Below, one piece after another: positions 14,655 through 15,615 of a stretch of DNA of 15,615 nucleotides (position 1 is the stretch's first letter; each line of letters begins with the position of its first letter). The notes under the pieces are model-generated. The model made no database searches and was not told where the DNA came from. It worked only from the letters and a program-made list of their open reading frames with translations. A program made the translations under genes and the position numbers. Source of the stretch: an uncultured Candidatus Bathyarchaeia archaeon (GTDB taxonomy: Archaea > Thermoproteota > Bathyarchaeia > Bathyarchaeales > Bathycorpusculaceae); assembly GCA_964450845.1 (NCBI GenBank), contig CAYVGZ010000037.1, forward strand, positions 1 through 15,615, read 5' to 3'.

Positions 14655-15615
14655 ATGACTGTGGAAGAGATAATACACAAAGTTGTTGACGAAATTTATT
14701 TCGGTCTATTCTCTCCGCAGGATGTACGTAGACTTTCAGTGGTGGAAATTCAAACACCAGACACTTATGATGAAGACGGCGCCCCAATCACCGCTGGATT
14801 AATGGACGGTAGGCTTGGGACTCTTGAACCTAGGCAACGGTGTAAAACATGCGGCAACACAGCAATTCGATGTCCAGGCCACTTCGGTCACATCGAACTT
14901 GCAGTTCCAATAATACATATTGAATTTACAAAACTGGTTTATGACCTTTTAAGATCGACTTGCAGAAACTGTGGGCGCATATTGCTTCCAGATGAAACAG
15001 CAAAAAAGACTCGAGCTAGAATCGATAAAAACCGTCAACTTTTAGGTTTGGTTCCGGATGAAGTTTACAAATTGATCTTGCAGGAAACAAGAACTAAACA
15101 GTGTCCTCATTGTGGGGCAATTCAATATAAAATAGTTTTTGAAAAACCAACGAAATTCAGCGAGCAAATCCCAGAAAGTGGCTCAGAACAGTTGACGCCA
15201 AGCATGGTTCGAGAAAGAATGGAACGCATACCAGACGAGGACCTTGAACTCTTAGGGTTTAATCCGCGTGTCGCACGCCCAGAATGGATGGTTCTACAAG
15301 TTCTGCCAGTACCGCCTGTTTATGTCCGCCCGTCGATCACTTTAGAATCAGGCATCCGCTCAGAAGATGACCTAACTCATAAACTGGTAGACATAATCCG
15401 CATCAACCAAAGGCTAAAGGAAAACATGGATGCTGGAGCCCCAACACTCATAATTCAAGACCTATCTGAACTCCTACAATACCATGTGACAACATACTTC
15501 AACAATGAAGCCTCAGGGATACCTCCAGCAAGACACCGTTCTGGAAGAGCATTAAAAACACTTTCACAAAGATTAAAGGGAAAGGAAGGAAGATTCAGAA
15601 GCAACCTTTCTGGAA
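14655..15615 (+). CDS. rpoA1: DNA-directed RNA polymerase subunit A' (Rpo1N), 3'-truncated (not in ORF track)
   Basis: ATG 14655, 1 nt after the rpoB stop: MTVEEIIHKVVDEIYFGLFSP...CKTCGN...CPGHFGHIELAVP...PEWMVLQVLPVPP..VRPSI...LKGKEGRFRSNLSG; open to the window end. Whether A'' is fused cannot be seen. Confidence 0.98.
   Translation, partial: MTVEEIIHKVVDEIYFGLFSPQDVRRLSVVEIQTPDTYDEDGAPITAGLMDGRLGTLEPRQRCKTCGNTAIRCPGHFGHIELAVPIIHIEFTKLVYDLLRSTCRNCGRILLPDETAKKTRARIDKNRQLLGLVPDEVYKLILQETRTKQCPHCGAIQYKIVFEKPTKFSEQIPESGSEQLTPSMVRERMERIPDEDLELLGFNPRVARPEWMVLQVLPVPPVYVRPSITLESGIRSEDDLTHKLVDIIRINQRLKENMDAGAPTLIIQDLSELLQYHVTTYFNNEASGIPPARHRSGRALKTLSQRLKGKEGRFRSNLSG

Noticed and set aside
11692-14787. 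Short track ORFs inside rpoB/rpoA1
   Set aside because: Shadows of highly conserved RNA polymerase genes.
11279-15615. Possible inteins or a B'/B'' split in the RNAP genes
   Set aside because: RpoB is one continuous ORF of normal length, and no intein splice or LAGLIDADG motifs were seen in either gene.
1-15615. CRISPR array, rRNA, transposase
   Set aside because: No regularly spaced direct repeats, rRNA-like sequence or transposase motifs were seen.

Overview
Archaeal chromosomal window; gene content and an unsplit RpoB point to the TACK group, most likely Bathyarchaeia (inference). From left to right: the 3' end of a large Ig/cadherin-repeat surface protein with a PVGG-TM-basic C-terminal anchor; a membrane-anchored protein with a clan CD (caspase/gingipain)-like His/Cys pair; lrp-DUF5752; two hypotheticals; a minus-strand cluster (ECF S-like membrane protein, FmdE-like, DUF1893, thioredoxin, an unannotated 41-aa membrane protein, DUF2148 Fe-S protein); a UbiA prenyltransferase divergent from nikR; nadA; an unannotated 36-aa ORF with its own promoter; tRNA-Leu(CAA); a small HEXXH protein; rpoB and the start of rpoA1. 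The strongest signal is a perfect GGTAACAC-N14-GTGTTACC palindrome (GTAACA-N16-TGTTAC, the geometry of the E. coli NikR operator). It lies over the predicted transcription start and RBS of the S-component/FmdE/DUF1893/Trx cluster, about 1.2 kb from nikR, and suggests a NikR-controlled metal uptake/handling operon lacking the usual NikMNQO/NikABCDE genes. Also notable are a ~46-nt imperfect inverted repeat pair bracketing nikR-nadA, and rpoB with no rpoH upstream but a structured leader. All family calls come from motif recognition by eye, not database searches.
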